Of a stretch of 64,000 nucleotides of DNA, positions 1 through 10,090 are shown one piece after another. Where the stretch lies: assembly GCA_934525675.1 (NCBI GenBank), contig CAKSZH010000008.1, positions 21,914-85,913 on the forward strand, written 5' to 3'. A model generated the notes under the pieces. It made no database searches and was not told the DNA's origin. It saw only the letters and a list, made by a program, of their open reading frames with translations. The position numbers and the translations under genes are program-made. This DNA is from an uncultured Eubacteriales bacterium (GTDB taxonomy: Bacteria; Bacillota; Clostridia; Oscillospirales; CAG-272). The first letter of the stretch is position 1. The number at the start of each line of letters is the position of its first letter.

Positions 1-1
1 G

Positions 2-229
2 CGTCTCACCGTCCCGGCACGCATCGTTGCCAAGCGCACACAGATCGGCGGACGTGCGGGCAGTACCGGTACGCACGGGTATATGACCAGATATTTTGCC
101 ACCTTTGAGGTGGAGAGCGGCGACCGGATGGAGCTTACGGTCCCGGAGAACGAATACGGGTATCTGATTGAAGGCGACGAGGGGACCCTTACGTTTCAGG
201 GAAACCTGTTTCTCAGCTTTACCCGTTGA
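2..229 (+). CDS. DUF2500-like small protein, C-terminal part (5'-truncated by the window edge)
   Basis: Frame 2 is open from the window edge to TGA 227-229. The translation ...YMTRYFATFEVESGDRMELTVPENEYGYLIEGDEGTLTFQGNLFLSFTR fits my memory of the DUF2500 C-terminal pattern (TFe.esGeR.el.v...eGD.G.LtfQG). It is absent from the ORF track because no start lies in the window. Confidence 0.6.
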   Translation, partial: RLTVPARIVAKRTQIGGRAGSTGTHGYMTRYFATFEVESGDRMELTVPENEYGYLIEGDEGTLTFQGNLFLSFTR

Positions 230-257
230 CCGGGAACCTTGAAAGGAGTAACACAGA

Positions 258-710
258 ATGGCTAATTACAGACGCGGACGCATCAACGAAGAGATGATGA
301 AGGAGACCGCGATGATTCTGCGCGAGGTCAAGGACCCGCGCGTTTCGGACGCCTTCATCAGCGTGACGGGCGCGGAGGTGACGGCGGATCTCAAATACGC
401 GAAAATCTTCTATTCCGCTATGCGCGGCGATAAAAAAGAGGTCACAAAGGGGCTGAAGGCGGCGACGGGCTTCATCCGCCGTGAGATCGCAAGGCGGCTC
501 AATCTGCGCATCACGCCGGAGCTTTCCTTCGTCGAGGATACCTCCATTGCCTACGGCGCGCACATTTCCGAGATCTTAAGCAAGATCACCTATGCACCCG
601 AGACCGAAGAGACGGACAGTGCGGAAGAGGAGAACAGCGTGTCTGTTCCCGGCGGACAGACCGGGGAACCGGATGTGACGGAGGAAAAGGAGACGAAAAA
701 TGGAAACTGA
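258..710 (+). CDS. rbfA: ribosome-binding factor A
   Basis: 150-aa ORF with AAGGAG RBS upstream. MANYRRGRINEEMMKE...VSDAFISVTGAEVTADLKYAKIFYS is the classic RbfA N-terminal core. Acidic C-terminal tail. Confidence 0.9.
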   Translation: MANYRRGRINEEMMKETAMILREVKDPRVSDAFISVTGAEVTADLKYAKIFYSAMRGDKKEVTKGLKAATGFIRREIARRLNLRITPELSFVEDTSIAYGAHISEILSKITYAPETEETDSAEEENSVSVPGGQTGEPDVTEEKETKNGN

Positions 711-1725
711 CCGTGCGATGACCGGAGTTTCGCCGGAACACGAATGGGAACGCCTCGGCTTTGACGAGCTTTGCGACCGGCTGGAGATTCCCATGAAGAC
801 CCTCTTGCTCATGCACACCTCGCCGGACGCGGATACGCTCGGTTCCTGCCTTGCGCTTTCGTCGCTCTTGTCGGCGGCGGACAGCGCTGTGTACTGCGCT
901 TGTGCCGATCCGATGCCGGAGCACCTGCATTTTCTTTCCGATGAACAAAAATGTCTTGACATCCCTGCCGGGTTTGCGCCCGACCGCGTGATTGCGGTGG
1001 ACGTCGCGTCCCCGTCACAGCTCGGCGTACTGCGGGAAAAATACGAGGGCAAGGTCAGCCTCATGATCGACCATCACGGCATGGGAACGCCGTTTGCGGA
1101 TCACTTTGTGGATCCCGACGCGGCGGCAACCGGGGAGATCATTTTTGACATCGCAAAGGAATTCCTGCATGACGGCATCATCTGCCGTGTGCCGGAGGTC
1201 TTCTGGACCTATTGCTATGCGGCGATCGCGGGGGATACGGGCGGATTCCGTTTCTCCAACACCACTCCCGCCACCATGCGCCGTGCGGCGGTGCTCCTGG
1301 AGCACGGCGTGGACGCGGCTGAGGTCAACTATCAGCTCTTCAGCCAGAAATCGCTTTCCCAGTTGCGGGCGGAGTGCGTCGGCTTTGAACGGATGAAACT
1401 GTCCCTTGATGGGCGGCTTGCGATCATGACCATGCCGTATAAGGTCATCGCAGAAAACGGTTTTCGGGACGGCGACCTCGGGACGCTCATTGACGTGGCG
1501 CGCTCGGTACGCGGCGTGGAGGTCGCGGCGGTCGTCAAGCAGCTGACTGCGGAAAAGAAATTCCGCGCCTCGCTTCGTTCCTCGGTGGATTTCGACGTGG
1601 CAGAGGTCGCGGCGGAGTTCGGCGGCGGCGGGCATACCCGCGCGGCGGGCTGTACCATTCTTGCAGACAGTATCGACGAGGCGGCGGAGAAACTGCAAAA
1701 CGCCATCGCCGCACGGCTTGAGTGA
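700..1725 (+). CDS. nrnA: DHH/DHHA1 family phosphoesterase (NrnA-like oligoribonuclease / pAp phosphatase)
   Basis: 341 aa. DHH motif (LMIDHHGMG) and DHHA1 motif (FGGGGHTRAAG). The start overlaps the rbfA stop, as in rbfA-nrnA operons. RBS AAGGAGA upstream. Confidence 0.85.
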   Translation: METDRAMTGVSPEHEWERLGFDELCDRLEIPMKTLLLMHTSPDADTLGSCLALSSLLSAADSAVYCACADPMPEHLHFLSDEQKCLDIPAGFAPDRVIAVDVASPSQLGVLREKYEGKVSLMIDHHGMGTPFADHFVDPDAAATGEIIFDIAKEFLHDGIICRVPEVFWTYCYAAIAGDTGGFRFSNTTPATMRRAAVLLEHGVDAAEVNYQLFSQKSLSQLRAECVGFERMKLSLDGRLAIMTMPYKVIAENGFRDGDLGTLIDVARSVRGVEVAAVVKQLTAEKKFRASLRSSVDFDVAEVAAEFGGGGHTRAAGCTILADSIDEAAEKLQNAIAARLE

Positions 1726-2029
1726 GAGGATTTTATGCCGGACGAAAGAAATCGTGCCCGGCAGAAGCTTGCGCCCGACAAAAAATGTACGTCGGGTGTA
1801 AAGCGCCCACGGCGGATCGCTCTGCAATCGGGCAGAAAAATCGCGGCTGTCACCGGAATTTTCGGAAATCTTCCGGATCACGAATAAAAAGAGCCCGTTC
1901 GGGGGGATACTGAAGTATCTTCCCGGGCGGGCTTTTTGTCTGCTTCCGGCGAGAAATCCCTTGCGGAAATCCGTGCTGTCACAGGATACTGTTATCCTGC
2001 TTTGCGGGAAAAAGAAAGGACCTTCCGAA

Positions 2030-2650
2030 ATGAAAAAATCAGTGTTACTTATCCTTCTGACCATTCTTCTGCTTGCCGGTGCGACCGTGGCAAGCCTGTT
2101 TTTGCCGGTGCACGGCGAGGGTGCGGTATACGACACGGTCGTGCGGCTCCATGTGCTTGCCAACTCGGACTCCGAGGAGGATCAGGCACTAAAACTGAAG
2201 GTGCGCGACGCGCTTCTTGCGGTCACTTCTCCTCTGATCGAAGGCTGTACCGACCGCGCCGAGGCGGAACGCATCCTCCGCGACGCCGAGCCGCAGCTGC
2301 TGCGCGCCGCGCAGGCAGTCATTGCCGACGAGGGGTACGACTACCCGGTGGCGATCACCTTCTGTGAGGAGGAGTATCCCGAACGGGAGTACGGGGAATT
2401 CACCTTTCCCGCAGGAACGTATCTTTCCATGCGGGTACTGATCGGCGAAGGGGAAGGGCACAACTGGTGGTGCGTGCTGTTCCCGCCGCTCTGCCTCAGC
2501 GCGGCAACCAAAAACAAGGAAGAGACCGAGGATGCATTTACCTCGGTGGGGTTGACCAAGGAGCAGTACGGTGTGATTACCGAGACAGACAAGACGACCT
2601 ACCGGGTGCGCTTCCGGATCCTCGAAATGGTGCAGGACTGGTTCCGGTGA
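2030..2650 (+). CDS. spoIIR: stage II sporulation protein R
   Basis: Signal/anchor MKKSVLLILLTILLLAG, then VVRLHVLANSDSEEDQALKLKVRD... and NWWCVLFPPLC, both SpoIIR hallmarks. I chose ATG 2030 (RBS AAAGAAAGGA) over the longer ORF start at 1961. Confidence 0.85.
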   Translation: MKKSVLLILLTILLLAGATVASLFLPVHGEGAVYDTVVRLHVLANSDSEEDQALKLKVRDALLAVTSPLIEGCTDRAEAERILRDAEPQLLRAAQAVIADEGYDYPVAITFCEEEYPEREYGEFTFPAGTYLSMRVLIGEGEGHNWWCVLFPPLCLSAATKNKEETEDAFTSVGLTKEQYGVITETDKTTYRVRFRILEMVQDWFR

Positions 2651-2716
2651 CGGAACCGGCAAGCACGCCGGGCACTTGCGGGGGTACGGTACCGTTATCC
2701 GCCGATCCTCCGTCCC

Positions 2717-3670
2717 TCAGAACGACAGCGCGGCGGCGACGATGTACAGAATCAGGCAAAGCAATGTCGAAAGATACCCTGCCGCGTCGAAAAAACGCCG
2801 GGGAAGCTGTCGCAAGGACGGTTTGTCCTCCGGAAAATCGGAGGGAAGGTTCCGCGCGGCATAACCGCGGTAGAACCGCACCGCCTGTCCGCAGAACACG
2901 GCGGCGGCAAGGAGCAGGATGGTCACGAGCAGGAACACGAACATCGCCGTGCTTCCCGTGTAGGCATAAAACGCGGTGATGTAGGGCTGACCGAACAGGC
3001 AGAACAGGTTGTAGAGAAAGTGCACTGCCATGACGGCAAACAGGCTCTTTGTCGCGTAATAGGTAACGGACAGGACCAGCCCCGCAAAAAGATATACCGG
3101 CAGATTTGCAAAGCTGAAATGCAGAAGCGCAAAAAACAGGGAGGACAGGCAGACCGACACGACCGCGCCGTACCGCTCGAACTCCGCCGAAAGAATGCCC
3201 CGGAAAATCAGCTCCTCCGAGAATGCGGGGAGTGCGGCGTAGGCGAGAATCAGATAGATGACACCCCCCGCCGTGCCGTTGTTTTTGGAAATGAAGGTCT
3301 CGTAGAGCGTGAACGAACCGGACAGCGACTGCATGCCGTTTAAGGCAAGGCTGATAAAAAGACAGCCCGCGGCAAGCACCAGCGCCGCTGACAGAATGGA
3401 CGGGATGCGGTCGATCCCCGCGAGCTTCAGCTTGAACACCCGTCCGTAGCCCTCCCCGCGGATGCGGCAGAATACTGCGGCGGGGATGAGAAAGATCATG
3501 ATCTGCAGTAGCACGACGGCAAGATATTCGTTGTCGTGCGTCAGATAGGATGCGTCCACAAAGCGGGAGAAAAGCAGAAGAAGGTATGAGGAAAAGACCA
3601 GCCAGATACACCCGCCGCCCAAGAGCCGGCGGAAGCGGCTTACGTATTCTCCGGATGTCTTTTCAGTCAT
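2717..3670 (-). CDS. CPBP (CAAX/Abi) family intramembrane metalloprotease
   Basis: 317-aa polytopic membrane protein with EELIFRG and FALLHF motifs typical of CPBP proteases. Overlaps the upstream gene by 8 nt, so likely in an operon. Confidence 0.8.
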   Translation of the reverse strand: MTEKTSGEYVSRFRRLLGGGCIWLVFSSYLLLLFSRFVDASYLTHDNEYLAVVLLQIMIFLIPAAVFCRIRGEGYGRVFKLKLAGIDRIPSILSAALVLAAGCLFISLALNGMQSLSGSFTLYETFISKNNGTAGGVIYLILAYAALPAFSEELIFRGILSAEFERYGAVVSVCLSSLFFALLHFSFANLPVYLFAGLVLSVTYYATKSLFAVMAVHFLYNLFCLFGQPYITAFYAYTGSTAMFVFLLVTILLLAAAVFCGQAVRFYRGYAARNLPSDFPEDKPSLRQLPRRFFDAAGYLSTLLCLILYIVAAALSF

Positions 3671-4376
3671 GCGCCGTCATTGCTCCTTTCTCGCTTAAAA
3701 TCAGGGAAACGGGCAGGTCGTACCTGCCGTGCGGCAGAGGAATTTCCGAAATCAGGCGGGAATATACCGCGCCGACGGTCATGGGGAACAGGCGGGGATT
3801 TCCCGCGTCCGCCGCTCTCCTTGCGCACTCCGACAGAAACCGGTCGTAATACCCGCCGCCGTAGCCGAGGCGGAACCCGCTTGTGTCATAGGACAGGGCG
3901 GGAACGAGACAGAAGGTCTTTTCGTCGGGGGTGATCTCCTTCGCGTCCGCGGGCGGCTCGGGGATCCCGTGAAAGCCGGGGACGAGGTCCTTTGTGTCTG
4001 CCACACGGTAAAACGTAATCCGATGCGACACGGGATCGGTTCTCGGGTACGCAAGAATCTTTCCGTGCCGGAGCGTCTCTCCGGCAACGTGCGAGGTGTC
4101 CGGCTCCGAAGCGTAGGATGCGTAGAGGAAAACGGTTTCGGCATTCCTGAATTCCGCAAGCGAGACGACCTCTCTGGAAAGGGCAAGGTCGAGCGCTTCT
4201 TTTTCTTTTGGAGAAATCGCCGCGCGGAGTGCGCCGTACTTTTTACGGAGGCGCTTTTTGGCTTTTGCGATGTCCGCGTCAGTGAGGGTTTCGGCTTCGG
4301 GAAAGGAAGCCGTCGTGTGGGCGGATGAGTTTTTCCGGGTTTCGGAAAAGGGAGCCGCCATGTCGTCCGTCCTCAT
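3663..4376 (-). CDS. 5-formyltetrahydrofolate cyclo-ligase
   Basis: 237 aa. KKRLRKKYGALR...VFLYASYASEPDT...GYGGGYYDRFL matches the MTHFS family signature. Has an N-terminal extension of about 35 aa; an alternative ATG lies at 4361. Confidence 0.85.
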   Translation of the reverse strand: MRTDDMAAPFSETRKNSSAHTTASFPEAETLTDADIAKAKKRLRKKYGALRAAISPKEKEALDLALSREVVSLAEFRNAETVFLYASYASEPDTSHVAGETLRHGKILAYPRTDPVSHRITFYRVADTKDLVPGFHGIPEPPADAKEITPDEKTFCLVPALSYDTSGFRLGYGGGYYDRFLSECARRAADAGNPRLFPMTVGAVYSRLISEIPLPHGRYDLPVSLILSEKGAMTAHD

Positions 4377-4386
4377 AAGTCAGTCG

Positions 4387-4926
4387 TCAATCGGAGATAA
4401 AGCCGCGGCGAAGTTCGTCCGCCTTGTCTTTTCCCGCGAGCAGTTCCACAAGGAGAAATCCGTATTCCACCGCGACGCCGGGACCCATGGCGGTCACGAA
4501 GCTGCCGTCCTTTACCAGTCGCTCACCCGTGACGGTGGCACCGGTAAGCTCGGATTCGAAGCCGGGGTAGCAGGTTGCCTTTCTGCCCTTCAGCAGTCCT
4601 CTCTTGCCGAGCAGATAGGGCGCGGCGCAGATGGCGCAGACATACCCGCCTTTTTTTGCGGTGACGCGGATGGCGGTGTCCACCACGGGCGACGCGTCAA
4701 GATTTTTCGCTCCGGGCATTCCGCCGGGAAGCAGGATGGCTTCGGGGTCCGGGTCGCGGAAAAGTACATCGGGAATGTCCGCGCGGACGGTAATTCCGTG
4801 TGCTCCCTGAATTTCTTCTCCGCCGATACCGACGAGCGTCACCTGCTTTCCCGCACGGCGCAGCAGATCGACCGGCGCGAGCGCCTCGACCTCTTCAAAT
4901 CCGGTTGCCAGAAATACATAAATCAT
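4387..4926 (-). CDS. DJ-1/PfpI family protein
   Basis: 179 aa. MIYVFLATGFEEVEA... with nucleophile-elbow Cys in VCAICAAP. RBS AGGAGG 6 nt upstream. Confidence 0.85.
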   Translation of the reverse strand: MIYVFLATGFEEVEALAPVDLLRRAGKQVTLVGIGGEEIQGAHGITVRADIPDVLFRDPDPEAILLPGGMPGAKNLDASPVVDTAIRVTAKKGGYVCAICAAPYLLGKRGLLKGRKATCYPGFESELTGATVTGERLVKDGSFVTAMGPGVAVEYGFLLVELLAGKDKADELRRGFISD

Positions 4927-5032
4927 GATGTTCCTCCTGTACCCGGCGGTTGTTTTGCCGGGGCATTGCTTTCGGTACCATTCCGTGTATGGTTTCTTTC
5001 GGCGTACCCGTCGCTGTCGGGAAATTTTCCGG

Positions 5033-6337
5033 TTACTTTTTGAAAAATCCGCCGAGCTCTGCGTGGGAAACGACCGTTTCCTCGCGCGTGGAAAGATTCT
5101 TTACCTTGACCACGCCCGCTGCGTATTCGTCGCCGCCCATGATGACAACGTGGGAATAGCTGTCCTTCACGGCGTAGTCGATCTGCTTGCCGAATTTCTT
5201 TTGCCCGAGGTACACCGAAGCAGGGACGCCTGCGGTGCGAAGCTCGTCCGCCAGTCCGGCGTATGCGGCAAACGGCACGTCGGGGAAGCGGGTGACAAGC
5301 ACCCTGGTGCCGCCCGAATACACGTCTGCGGGAATCAGCCCGTGCGCACGGAGGAACAGCTCAAGCGTGACGTCGCCCATGCCGAAGCCGACGCCGGATA
5401 CCTTCGCGTCCTTGACGAACAGCCCGACTAAGTTGTCGTACCGTCCGCCGCCGAACATGGCGCGGTTGTTTTCGGGATCCTCGTCGAACACCTCAAACAC
5501 GGTGCCCGTGTAGTAATCCAGTCCGCGGATGATACCGAAATCGAACACACAGTATTTTTCAAGGTCCATCGTGCGGAGCGCCGCGAAGAGGTCGCGCAAT
5601 TCTCCCGAGCCGACCGAATCGGGGCAGAGGGCAGTCGCCTCCTCCACGCTCATGCCGTAGAGTGCGTCGATCTTTGCAATCTGCTCCCCGCTGAGTCCAA
5701 GCGCCTGCATTTCGGTCTCGTAGGTTTCCCGGTCGATCTTGTCCTTGCGGTCCACCACCTTGGAGACCGCCTTGGCGCCCTCTCCGTCGGTTCCCGCGAT
5801 GGCGGCGATGACGTCGTTGAAGAAACGGCGGTTGTTCACGTGTACGCGGAACATGGTCTCGTCCGCGCCGAGCGCCTGCATAATGCGGATGGCGACCGCG
5901 ACGGTCTCCAGGTCCGCCTCGTAGCTGTCCACACCGAAAATATCGACGTTCAGCTGCCAGAATTCACGCAGTCTGCCCCTCTGGGCGCGCTCGTAACGGT
6001 ACATATTGGGAATGGAGAACCACTTGAGCGGGAAGTTGAGCTCTCCCAGCTTTGCCGCGACCATGCGCGCGACGGTCGGGGTCATTTCGGGGCGGATGGC
6101 AAGACGGCGGTCGCCGCGGTCCACAAAGTTATAGGTCTGCTTTGCCGCGATCTCCTCGCCGGACTTTGCCTCATAAAGCTCAAGAGCTTCCAGCATCGGT
6201 CCGTTGTATTCGTCAAACGCCGACAGGATCAGTGCCTCGCGGATTCTTCCGAAGAACCAGTTGCGCAGCTTCATGTCGTCGGGGTAAAAGTCTCTTGTGC
6301 CCTTGTAGGGATTGGTCGATAATTTCACGTTGCTCAT
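5033..6337 (-). CDS. hisS: histidine--tRNA ligase
   Basis: Class II aaRS motifs (GTRDFYP, MYRYERAQRGRLREFWQ, FGGGRYDNL) and a C-terminal anticodon-binding domain. Start set at MSNVKL (ATG 6337). The upstream 22 codons of the ORF look non-coding. Confidence 0.93.
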   Translation of the reverse strand: MSNVKLSTNPYKGTRDFYPDDMKLRNWFFGRIREALILSAFDEYNGPMLEALELYEAKSGEEIAAKQTYNFVDRGDRRLAIRPEMTPTVARMVAAKLGELNFPLKWFSIPNMYRYERAQRGRLREFWQLNVDIFGVDSYEADLETVAVAIRIMQALGADETMFRVHVNNRRFFNDVIAAIAGTDGEGAKAVSKVVDRKDKIDRETYETEMQALGLSGEQIAKIDALYGMSVEEATALCPDSVGSGELRDLFAALRTMDLEKYCVFDFGIIRGLDYYTGTVFEVFDEDPENNRAMFGGGRYDNLVGLFVKDAKVSGVGFGMGDVTLELFLRAHGLIPADVYSGGTRVLVTRFPDVPFAAYAGLADELRTAGVPASVYLGQKKFGKQIDYAVKDSYSHVVIMGGDEYAAGVVKVKNLSTREETVVSHAELGGFFKK

Positions 6338-6425
6338 GTTCAGCCTCTTATACAGATAGAATATAGTTATAACTAATATAACATGAACCCGTGAAATTGT
6401 CAAGAAAGAATCCGTCCCCTACCTG

Positions 6426-6454
6426 TTGACAAGGTCCGGACTTCTGTGTATAAT
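6426..6454 (+). promoter_or_regulatory. candidate sigma-A promoter for the MATE gene
   Basis: TTGACA (6426-6431), 17-nt spacer, TATAAT (6449-6454), read directly. Confidence 0.5.
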
Positions 6455-6534
6455 ACCTTCGTCCGGTGTTTTGCCGGAGGGAAAGGGAAACTGAAATCGT
6501 GAAAGTCAAAAGCATATTCCGTCAGGAGATCAAC

Positions 6535-7977
6535 ATGACGGAGGGGCCGCTGCTTGGCAAGATCCTCCTTTTCGTTTTGCCGCTTGCCCTGACCAACCTG
6601 CTTCAGGTGTTGTATAATGCGGCGGACATGGTGGTCGTCAGCCTGTCGCGGGAACCGGACGCAGTCGGCGCGATCGGAACGACGGGCGCCTTCATCAACC
6701 TGATTCTCAATATTTTTATCGGCTTCTCGGTCGGAGCGAACGTGGTGGTCGCCCGGCACCTCGGCAGCGGAAACGCGGAAAAAGCGTCCCGCGCGGTACA
6801 TACCTCGCTCTGTATGAGCGTGCTCTTCGGCGTGGCGGGAACCGTTGTCGGTCTTCTCATCACGCGCCCGGTACTTGCCGCGATGGGAAACACGGGAAAA
6901 CTGCTTGACCTTGCGGTGCAGTACACCGTCATTTATTTCATCGGTGTGCCGTTTTCTTCGCTTGCCAACTACGCCATCGCGATCCTGCGTGCCAAGGGGG
7001 ATACCCGCACGCCGCTGTATATCCTGACCGCGACGGGACTGCTCAACGTCGGGCTGAATTTCTTCTTTGTGCTTGCTCTCGACATGTCGGTGGACGGAGT
7101 GGCGTATGCGACCTCCATCTCCAACGCGGTCTCGGCGGTCCTCCTTGTCATCTGCCTGTCAAAAGAGAAGGGCGCCTGCCGGTTTTCGTTCCGGAAGCTC
7201 GGCATGGATCGGAGCGCGTTCAGTGATATCCTTTATGTGGGACTTCCCGCAGGACTTCAGGGCGCTTTGTTCTCGCTTTCCAACATGCTCATCCAGTCCT
7301 CGATCCTTCAGGTCAACAACGCCATGTGCCCTGCGGACAGCGCGTATCAGCCGGTCGTCAAGGGCAACGCCGCCGCGTCAAACCTGGAGAACTTCGCCTA
7401 TACCGCGACCAACTCGGTGCATCAGGCATCGGTCACCTTCACGAGCCAGAACGTCGGCGCGGAGAAGTATGAGCGCGTGTCCCGCGTCATGAAGTGTTGC
7501 TATTTCGTGACCTTCCTCATTGCCGTGCTCATGTCCGGAATCGTGCTTCTCCTCAGGGAGCCGCTGCTTGCCCTCTACGGAGTGAAGGCGGGTGCCGACG
7601 GCAGCCTTGACAGCATTGCCATGAGCACCGCTGTCACTCGGATGTTGTATATGCTGACTACCTATTTCCTCTGTGCTTTCATGGAGGTCGGCTCGGGCGT
7701 TCTCCGCGGGCTCGGCAAGTCAGTGACCTCGACGGTCGTGTCGCTGATCGGCTCCTGCGTGCTCCGCATCGTCTGGATCTTTACGGTATTCCGCCTGAAT
7801 CCGACGCTCGGCGTGATCTATTTTTCCTATCCGCTTTCCTGGGGACTGACGGCGCTGATTCACTTTACCTGCTGTATCGTCACCAAGAACAAGCTGATCC
7901 GGCAAAAGAAAGAGCGCGACGCATCAGCCGCCGTGCGTCAGAATGCCGAAAAGACAACAGAAACGTCCGTCGGCTGA
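6535..7977 (+). CDS. MATE family efflux transporter
   Basis: 12-TM-type protein. The N-terminus MTEGPLLGKILLFVLPLALTNLLQVLYNAADMVVVS is a typical MATE opening. ATG 6535 has AGGAG 6 nt upstream. GTG 6499 or 6466 are possible but lie too close to the predicted promoter. Confidence 0.88.
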   Translation: MTEGPLLGKILLFVLPLALTNLLQVLYNAADMVVVSLSREPDAVGAIGTTGAFINLILNIFIGFSVGANVVVARHLGSGNAEKASRAVHTSLCMSVLFGVAGTVVGLLITRPVLAAMGNTGKLLDLAVQYTVIYFIGVPFSSLANYAIAILRAKGDTRTPLYILTATGLLNVGLNFFFVLALDMSVDGVAYATSISNAVSAVLLVICLSKEKGACRFSFRKLGMDRSAFSDILYVGLPAGLQGALFSLSNMLIQSSILQVNNAMCPADSAYQPVVKGNAAASNLENFAYTATNSVHQASVTFTSQNVGAEKYERVSRVMKCCYFVTFLIAVLMSGIVLLLREPLLALYGVKAGADGSLDSIAMSTAVTRMLYMLTTYFLCAFMEVGSGVLRGLGKSVTSTVVSLIGSCVLRIVWIFTVFRLNPTLGVIYFSYPLSWGLTALIHFTCCIVTKNKLIRQKKERDASAAVRQNAEKTTETSVG

Positions 7978-7993
7978 CGGAATTCAAAGAAAA

Positions 7994-8022
7994 GCGATCC
8001 TCGGCGAGAGGGTCGCTTTTTT
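7994..8022 (+). terminator. Rho-independent terminator after the MATE gene
   Basis: Hairpin GCGATCCTC-GGCGA-GAGGGTCGC followed by TTTTTT. Confidence 0.7.
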
Positions 8023-8119
8023 GTGCCGGCATTTTCCGGGCTGGCGCTCTTTGCCTGTGCTGTCTTTCACGGTAAAGGAGCACTCCCGGGTCAGCGCGGT
8101 CTTCGGTTTGTTTTTGGCG

Positions 8120-8557
8120 CTATCTCCTCGTAAACACCCGCCGCCGGAGCGTGCGACAGACCGCCATGGCGGGGAGACTCACGAGGTACCACAGTCCCGT
8201 GAAGGGCAGGCAGATCTGCCCGAGAAAGGAAAACGGGAGCGCGGAGTAATCCCACACGCCAAGACCGAGGACAAGGTTGACGAGCACGCCGAACAAAAAT
8301 TCCCACGCGGTGATGACGAGCGCGCCGGACACGGCGCGGAGGAGGAGCGGGGTACGGGGCATACACGCGTCGAGCGCATAGAGCGAAAGAAAGCACAGCC
8401 CGCCGCAGATCGCCATGCTGACGTGCGAGTACCCGCGGAACAGCACTTCGAGCAGGTAGTACCCCATGCTGCCGACCGAGAAGAAAAACAGGATCTCCGC
8501 AAACAAACGAAGCCGCGCGAGGGAAGTAACCTCCGCAGGCAAAACCGGAGAACGCAT
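8120..8557 (-). CDS. small polytopic membrane protein (putative 'ABC-transporter type IV'/DUF1113-like)
   Basis: 145 aa from ATG 8557 (RBS GGAGG). GYYLLEVLFRGY...VWDYSALPFSFLGQICLPFTGLW resembles the PF06541-type family as I remember it. The longer ORF to 8869 overlaps the nagA start region and lacks coding character. Confidence 0.65.
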   Translation of the reverse strand: MRSPVLPAEVTSLARLRLFAEILFFFSVGSMGYYLLEVLFRGYSHVSMAICGGLCFLSLYALDACMPRTPLLLRAVSGALVITAWEFLFGVLVNLVLGLGVWDYSALPFSFLGQICLPFTGLWYLVSLPAMAVCRTLRRRVFTRR

Positions 8558-8844
8558 ACCGTGACCTCCCCAAGACCTTTTGTCTTTATTTTCTCCGCCT
8601 GTGCCGGTTTCATGCGGCAACGCGCGGAAAATTGCGGAAATCCCTTGTAAAAACCCGCGCGGTTTGCTATAATAAAAAAGATAGCGGCAGTTTTTTCTCC
8701 GGAAACGGGTCAGCCGGAAACGGGCAAGCCGCCCTTTCGCGCCGGAACGCGCCGCCCGCACCTTTCCCGGATCGAGGGAAGCCCTGTCGTCTTTCCCCGG
8801 CTCATCCGGCTTTTGATGTGTTTTCAGAAAGGAAGCGATTTCAG

Positions 8845-10008
8845 ATGAAAACCCTGATTTACAACGCAAAAGTTTACGATACCGCCCGCCGTGCCTTTAC
8901 GGACGGCGGAATTCTTGCGGAGAACGGCGTTTTTTGCAAGGTGTTCCGTATGCCGGTTGCCGGGGATGAGGTCCCCGCGGACAAGTCGGTGGACGCGCAC
9001 GGCGCTTACCTTGTGCCGGGTCTTGTGGATGTGCATACCCACGGTCGCGCGGGTGGGGATTTTGTCTCGGCGGACGAGGGCAAACTCACCGAGATGGCAA
9101 AGTCCTATCTTGCCTCCGGCGTGACGAGCGTCATGCCGACCTTCGCGTCCGCCCCGCTTGAGGGGCTGTACGCCGCCTGTGACCGGGTCAACCGGGTACG
9201 GGAGCATACCGGCGGCGCGAGGTTTGTCGGCACGCATCTGGAGGGCAGATACCTGAATCCCGCAAAGAGAGGCGCGCACGCGCCGGAACTGCTGGTCAAG
9301 CCGGACGCGGAAGAACTCCGCGGGCTTATGGAGCGCATGGGGCTTCCGTGCCACATCAGTGCGGCGTTGGAGCTTGACACCGACGGCTCGTTTGCAAAAG
9401 CGGCGCTGGACTTTGGTGCGACGCTCTCACTCGGACACACCGCCGCGACCTATGACGAGGCGAGCCTTGCCTTTTCGCGCGGCGCGACGGCGGTCACGCA
9501 TCTGTATAACTGTATGCCGCCGATCCACCACAGAGAGGGCGGCGCGGCGGTTGCCGCAATGACGGGAAACGTGTTCTGCGAGCTGATCGTGGACGGCTTC
9601 CACATTTCGCCCCCCGTGGTGAAGATGACCGAGCGGCTGACCTCCCCCGACCGCCTGACGCTGATTACCGACTCCATGGAGGCGACCGGCTGTCCCGACG
9701 GGGAGTATTCCATCGCGGGAATGCCCGTCACCGTGAAGGACGGAAAAGCGCTGACGCATGACGGCGCGATCGCGGGAAGCACGCTGTCGCTCTTTGACGG
9801 CGTGAAGAATCTTATGCACTTCGCGGACATTTCCTTCGGAAAAGCGCTGTATTACGCAACGGCAACGCCCGCAAAGGAGATCGGCGTTTTCCGCCGGCTC
9901 GGCTCGGTCGCGGTCGGCAAATACGCGGATTTCCTTCTGGTCGATCCCGACACGCTCGATATGCGCGAGGTCTGGCTCGGCGGAGAGCGGAGATTCCCGG
10001 AGTTCTGA
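8845..10008 (+). CDS. nagA: N-acetylglucosamine-6-phosphate deacetylase
   Basis: MKTLIYNAKVYD..., VDVHTHGRAGGDF, HLEGRYLNPAKRGAH and HLYNCM motifs of NagA amidohydrolases. RBS GGAAG upstream of ATG 8845. Confidence 0.88.
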   Translation: MKTLIYNAKVYDTARRAFTDGGILAENGVFCKVFRMPVAGDEVPADKSVDAHGAYLVPGLVDVHTHGRAGGDFVSADEGKLTEMAKSYLASGVTSVMPTFASAPLEGLYAACDRVNRVREHTGGARFVGTHLEGRYLNPAKRGAHAPELLVKPDAEELRGLMERMGLPCHISAALELDTDGSFAKAALDFGATLSLGHTAATYDEASLAFSRGATAVTHLYNCMPPIHHREGGAAVAAMTGNVFCELIVDGFHISPPVVKMTERLTSPDRLTLITDSMEATGCPDGEYSIAGMPVTVKDGKALTHDGAIAGSTLSLFDGVKNLMHFADISFGKALYYATATPAKEIGVFRRLGSVAVGKYADFLLVDPDTLDMREVWLGGERRFPEF

Positions 10009-10090
10009 CGGGATACGTCCGCGAGATCTTCCCGCCAAATAACTTGACACAACCCGCACGCGGCTCATTTGCCCGGCGGCAGAAAGGTTG

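Noticed and set aside
2577-3611. 344-aa minus-strand ORF in an alternative frame overlapping the CPBP protease gene
   Set aside because: The overlapping frame 2717-3670 gives a coherent polytopic membrane protein with the EELIFRG/LLHF motifs, while this frame gives an R/G/P-rich nonsense sequence.
8632-8844. 71-codon N-terminal extension of nagA, and similar upstream extensions of spoIIR (1961), hisS (6403), murC (18238), fumC (33751), the malic enzyme gene (35230), the ECF-S gene (37846) and the SBP gene (40820)
   Set aside because: The extensions lack an RBS, have non-protein-like composition, and overlap promoters or neighbouring genes. Internal ATGs with good Shine-Dalgarno spacing coincide with the conserved family N-termini.
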